A DNA stretch of 63,226 nucleotides, the filler included, from Globobulimina sp. (taxonomy: Eukaryota), in assembly GCA_003354225.1 (NCBI GenBank). It is 51 parts of 51 records of this genome, joined end to end, with 100 filler letters (N's around TTAATTAATTAA, not from the genome) between each part and the next. Parts side by side here need not be neighbours in the genome. Positions count along the whole stretch, not along the records: positions 59,605 to 60,745 come from PIVH01022530.1; positions 60,846 to 61,986 come from PIVH01022531.1; positions 62,087 to 63,226 come from PIVH01022532.1; 48 more parts are not named here. One strand, given 5' to 3'. The notes below the pieces were generated by a model. The model was given only the letters and a program-made list of their open reading frames with translations, was not told where the DNA came from and made no database searches. Numbering within the stretch: position 1 is the first letter of the stretch; each line of letters begins with the position of its first letter. The translations under genes and the position numbers were made by a program. Shown here in pieces: positions 60,294-63,226 of the stretch.

Positions 60294-60496
60294 ATATATA
60301 ATTATTAACAACACTCTTCATCGTTGATTTTTTGCTTGATTTTAAATATGAGATGATGACTAAAGTCGCAGTGTCGAAATAGCCAATCCGTGTGAATTAC
60401 TGAATTTGTATCAATAAATTTGGTATACAAAGTGGCAGGATTTGCTATATAATTTTTGATAATTTACGGTATTTATATATTGATAATGCCCAATAT

Positions 60497-60563
60497 CACA
60501 CGCCATGATTTGAACCTGGATTCCTTGCATAAATGCAGTGCTCTACCAATTGAGCAACGTGAC
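60497..60563 (-). pseudogene. tRNA pseudogene or tRNA-derived repeat
   Basis: Minus strand has a D-arm GCTC-AATTGGTA-GAGC, a collapsed anticodon arm TGCA-TTTA-TGCA and a T-arm CCAGG-TTCAAAT-CATGG; no assignable anticodon. Confidence 0.65.
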
Positions 60564-62088
60564 ATTTATGCAGCAAATAGACACTGTTCAGATCCGAACT
60601 TTAATTTGTAAAAAACAAACCGAAAACGTTCACAGAAAATGAACAATGCTGTCAGGAAAAGACGATCCCAATTATTAGCAAGTGGATACGTTAGAAACTG
60701 CAGCACCCCCTACATCCATACAGATATTATTAGCATTAGTCATGCNNNNNNNNNNNNNNNNNNNNNNNNNNNNNNNNNNNNNNNNNNNNTTAATTAATTA
60801 ANNNNNNNNNNNNNNNNNNNNNNNNNNNNNNNNNNNNNNNNNNNNTTTAACTAAGAGTGTAGTAAGGTGTGATAAACTGCGTTTAACCACAAAATCTTTT
60901 CATTTATATAACCGTATTTAACCGGGTACTACTGTACCTCACAACCGTAACACGACACAGGTTATCACAGAGTAAAAAACATTGGAAAATTATGTACATG
61001 CTGACCTCTCAATTGGAGAGGCCAACGGGGAAAATTTGTTTTAATCGGGGTTCTACCCCAACTTTCAAAGTGAATGAAGATGCGTCTCAGACGCAAGAGA
61101 AAAGTATTTTTAGACTTCCAGAAAATGGGGATGTGATCATTTTGGTTTCTTATACAGAGTTGTAAAATTGGGGGGGGGACTATTTCCCAACTAAGGGGTT
61201 AGGCTCTGCCTAACCCTAATCACAACAACATCACTAAGCTGGGACCCTTGGCTTCTTTAAGAAGTGGCTGCTGACAAACCAAGTATGAATATACCCTAAA
61301 AAGACACAAATAATCTACTTTATTTTAACCTTCTCCTATGTCTCCTCCAAATTCAGCAATTTGACATAAACTACTCCATCCTAATGAAGGGTCCTCATTG
61401 TCAAATTAGGCTACTACTTTGCCTTGATAGCGTTGCTGATTTATTACGCTTTTTATATTTTAAGCTGCCGGCTAGCTTTTATCGATCTAATATACTTACA
61501 GTACTGTTTCGGCCATTCTGCGTATATCAATTGGCACGAATTTCAAATGATCGTCTTATTGCACCATTTTTCCGGGCATTTCTAATTATTGCCCTTATAA
61601 ATTATTTTAAAACAACTATTGCTACCTAAAAAGTGCATAATATATATAATCATCTAAGTTGATCAGGCTATGACAATTTGATCCCTTTATCGACTTCCAA
61701 AATACAATTGCTATATGTTTTCAGTGTTGTTTTATTCTCAGTTTTTTGCATTCTGAGTCCAACAACTGAAACCAAAAATAGGCTTTATTGTTAAATTTTA
61801 ACTTCCTAAAATTGTTAAAATTGTTATAACTTTTGTGCAATATTTTCAACTTGGCTATTCACTTTTGCGATTAGCTGTGCGCATCAGCTTTTTCGCCATT
61901 TTTGCCCATTTTACTTGTACTGTATTTTTATTGCAAAGTAGTCAGATTTTACCAAAATTTTTGGGTCCATTCTCGTCACCTGGATGNNNNNNNNNNNNNN
62001 NNNNNNNNNNNNNNNNNNNNNNNNNNNNNNTTAATTAATTAANNNNNNNNNNNNNNNNNNNNNNNNNNNNNNNNNNNNNNNNNNNNGA

Positions 62089-62186
62089 CAAGGTTTTTGG
62101 GTTAGCTAGAGTGGTTTTCAACTTTGAATACTAGGTCAACTTCGAATACTAGGTTGAAAACCACTCTAGCTAACCCAAAAACCTTG
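62089..62186. repeat. Perfect 34-bp inverted repeat hairpin with an 18-bp tandem duplication across the loop
   Basis: 62089-62122 is the exact reverse complement of 62153-62186; CAACTT(T/C)GAATACTAGGT occurs twice. Confidence 0.9.
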
Positions 62187-62319
62187 CCAATCACAAAAGA
62201 AGTGTTTAGAAGTTTAAGCCTATTTATTAAGTTGAATTTTGTCCCACTAGTAACAAAGTTTGAGTAACAAGATACGATTTTACTGACTTGGGAGAAAAAA
62301 TTATGATGTTTGAATACAC

Positions 62320-63226
62320 TTAATCTTGGTTAAAATATTTCGATTTATTTAATATACTTTTCTTAACACTATCCGGATTTGACAATTCAATGCCTTGCAC
62401 AGCAGTAAACACCACAGAAGTAGTTAATCCCGTAACAGTGCCGGCTTTTTCAGCCCTCATTCTCATGCGTTTCTGTTTCAATACTTGTCTGTTGTGTATT
62501 TTATGCAATGCAGATTGCATAGTTTTTGGTTTAATTGTCCTTAACCGACCACCAACATCGGCGGCATTGCCTAACATTCCAAGGCCAATTCTTTCCCCAT
62601 TCCCATCAATAACCTCTGTTTCCGCCTTGTTAAACGCCATTCTATTTTGCATTTTTTGTGTCTCAGTCACACGATATCGTTCCCTCATTTTCCTATATCT
62701 CTTGCCACCTCTTTTCTTTTTTGGTTTCGTATCTGGAATTAAACGCGGTCTCCGCGGTTTCGGTGGCGGTGCTTCCTGCCATTTAGATATTTTCTTAATG
62801 CATTCATGATATAATTTCTTTCCATATTCGCCGTTATTATTATTATTCAATGAACAGCTGTTCATATTTGCATCCACGCGAGCGGCCAACACTGTTTTTG
62901 CAGACACCGTTCGCAATGCTTTTTGTTGCAAATGTTTGGGACACATTGCAATCAATTCACAACTCGCTATAATACCAAAATGAGGCTGCGAGTCATTCTT
63001 TCCCTGTTGGAAAGAGCCCAGAAAAGATGTATTCTTTTTGATGGATCCCAAGACTTGAATGTTACACGAAGGAATTTGTGATAATTCCTTAATTCCACCC
63101 ACAAAGCCAATCAATTTGGCAGTAATATCTGCGCCAATTAAGCCGGATACATTTGGTGCAATGACATTCATTTTGGAGGCGACAAATTGTTGAATAATTA
63201 ATTTCTTATCATAAGATTTGTGCCAT
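62320..63226 (-). CDS. PRPF31: U4/U6 snRNP protein PRP31, C-terminal part
   Basis: IAPNVSGLIG...IPSCNIQVLG (Nop domain), LAARVD, KWQEAPPPK, KKKRGGKRYRKMRER, QNRMAF, GLGMLG, SVVFTAVQGIELSNP. Confidence 0.95.
   Translation of the reverse strand, partial: WHKSYDKKLIIQQFVASKMNVIAPNVSGLIGADITAKLIGFVGGIKELSQIPSCNIQVLGSIKKNTSFLGSFQQGKNDSQPHFGIIASCELIAMCPKHLQQKALRTVSAKTVLAARVDANMNSCSLNNNNNGEYGKKLYHECIKKISKWQEAPPPKPRRPRLIPDTKPKKKRGGKRYRKMRERYRVTETQKMQNRMAFNKAETEVIDGNGERIGLGMLGNAADVGGRLRTIKPKTMQSALHKIHNRQVLKQKRMRMRAEKAGTVTGLTTSVVFTAVQGIELSNPDSVKKSILNKSKYFNQD

Noticed and set aside
61193-61219. Telomeric repeat (GGGTTAGG...CCTAACCCTAA)
   Set aside because: Only one or two units, arranged as a 9-bp hairpin inside the contig; not a telomere tract.
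996-62038. ORFs ending in X-runs with LIN or N, and short antisense ORFs in the track
   Set aside because: They are products of reading into the linker or shadows of real genes on the opposite strand.
1144-62086. Regularly spaced TTAATTAATTAA repeats as a CRISPR-like or biological array
   Set aside because: They are always embedded in fixed N runs and separate length-sorted contigs; they are a concatenation linker.

Overview
This window is not a continuous locus. It is 51 unrelated contigs of about 1.14 kb (1143, then 1142, then 1141 bp, so sorted by length) joined by an artificial 100-nt linker, N44-TTAATTAATTAA-N44. Gene neighbourhood across a linker therefore means nothing. Most contigs look like gene-dense, AT-rich protist DNA with short GT-AG introns (mostly 57-72 nt). 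The gene families and sequence style suggest a foraminiferan (Rhizaria); this is an inference, not a database result. Recognisable gene fragments: chitobiase (GH18), HSPA12-like Hsp70, ZNF598/Hel2, POLD3, a trypsin-like protease, PNPase, an ACSF3-like acyl-CoA synthetase, CDC50, an SGNH hydrolase, a CAMK-group kinase, a GH47 mannosidase, a TM-RGS protein, PARN, an ENT transporter, an LRR protein and PRP31. There are also LTR and non-LTR retrotransposon pieces and several foldback/MITE-like elements. At least one contig is bacterial, and several look chimeric or foreign, as expected from whole-genome-amplified single-cell material. Most interesting signals: (1) a putatively myristoylated globin that runs into what looks like the first helix of an RGS domain, a candidate haem/O2-gated G-protein regulator; (2) a 15-bp palindrome, TCAGTTT(C/G)AAACTGA, clustered on three unrelated contigs; (3) an ~80-bp hairpin element just upstream of three unrelated start codons; (4) a contig that closes into a 1060-bp circle or tandem unit; (5) an in-frame aspartokinase/surface-protein fusion; (6) a tandem Cys/His repeat protein with an in-frame TAG aligned to Leu.
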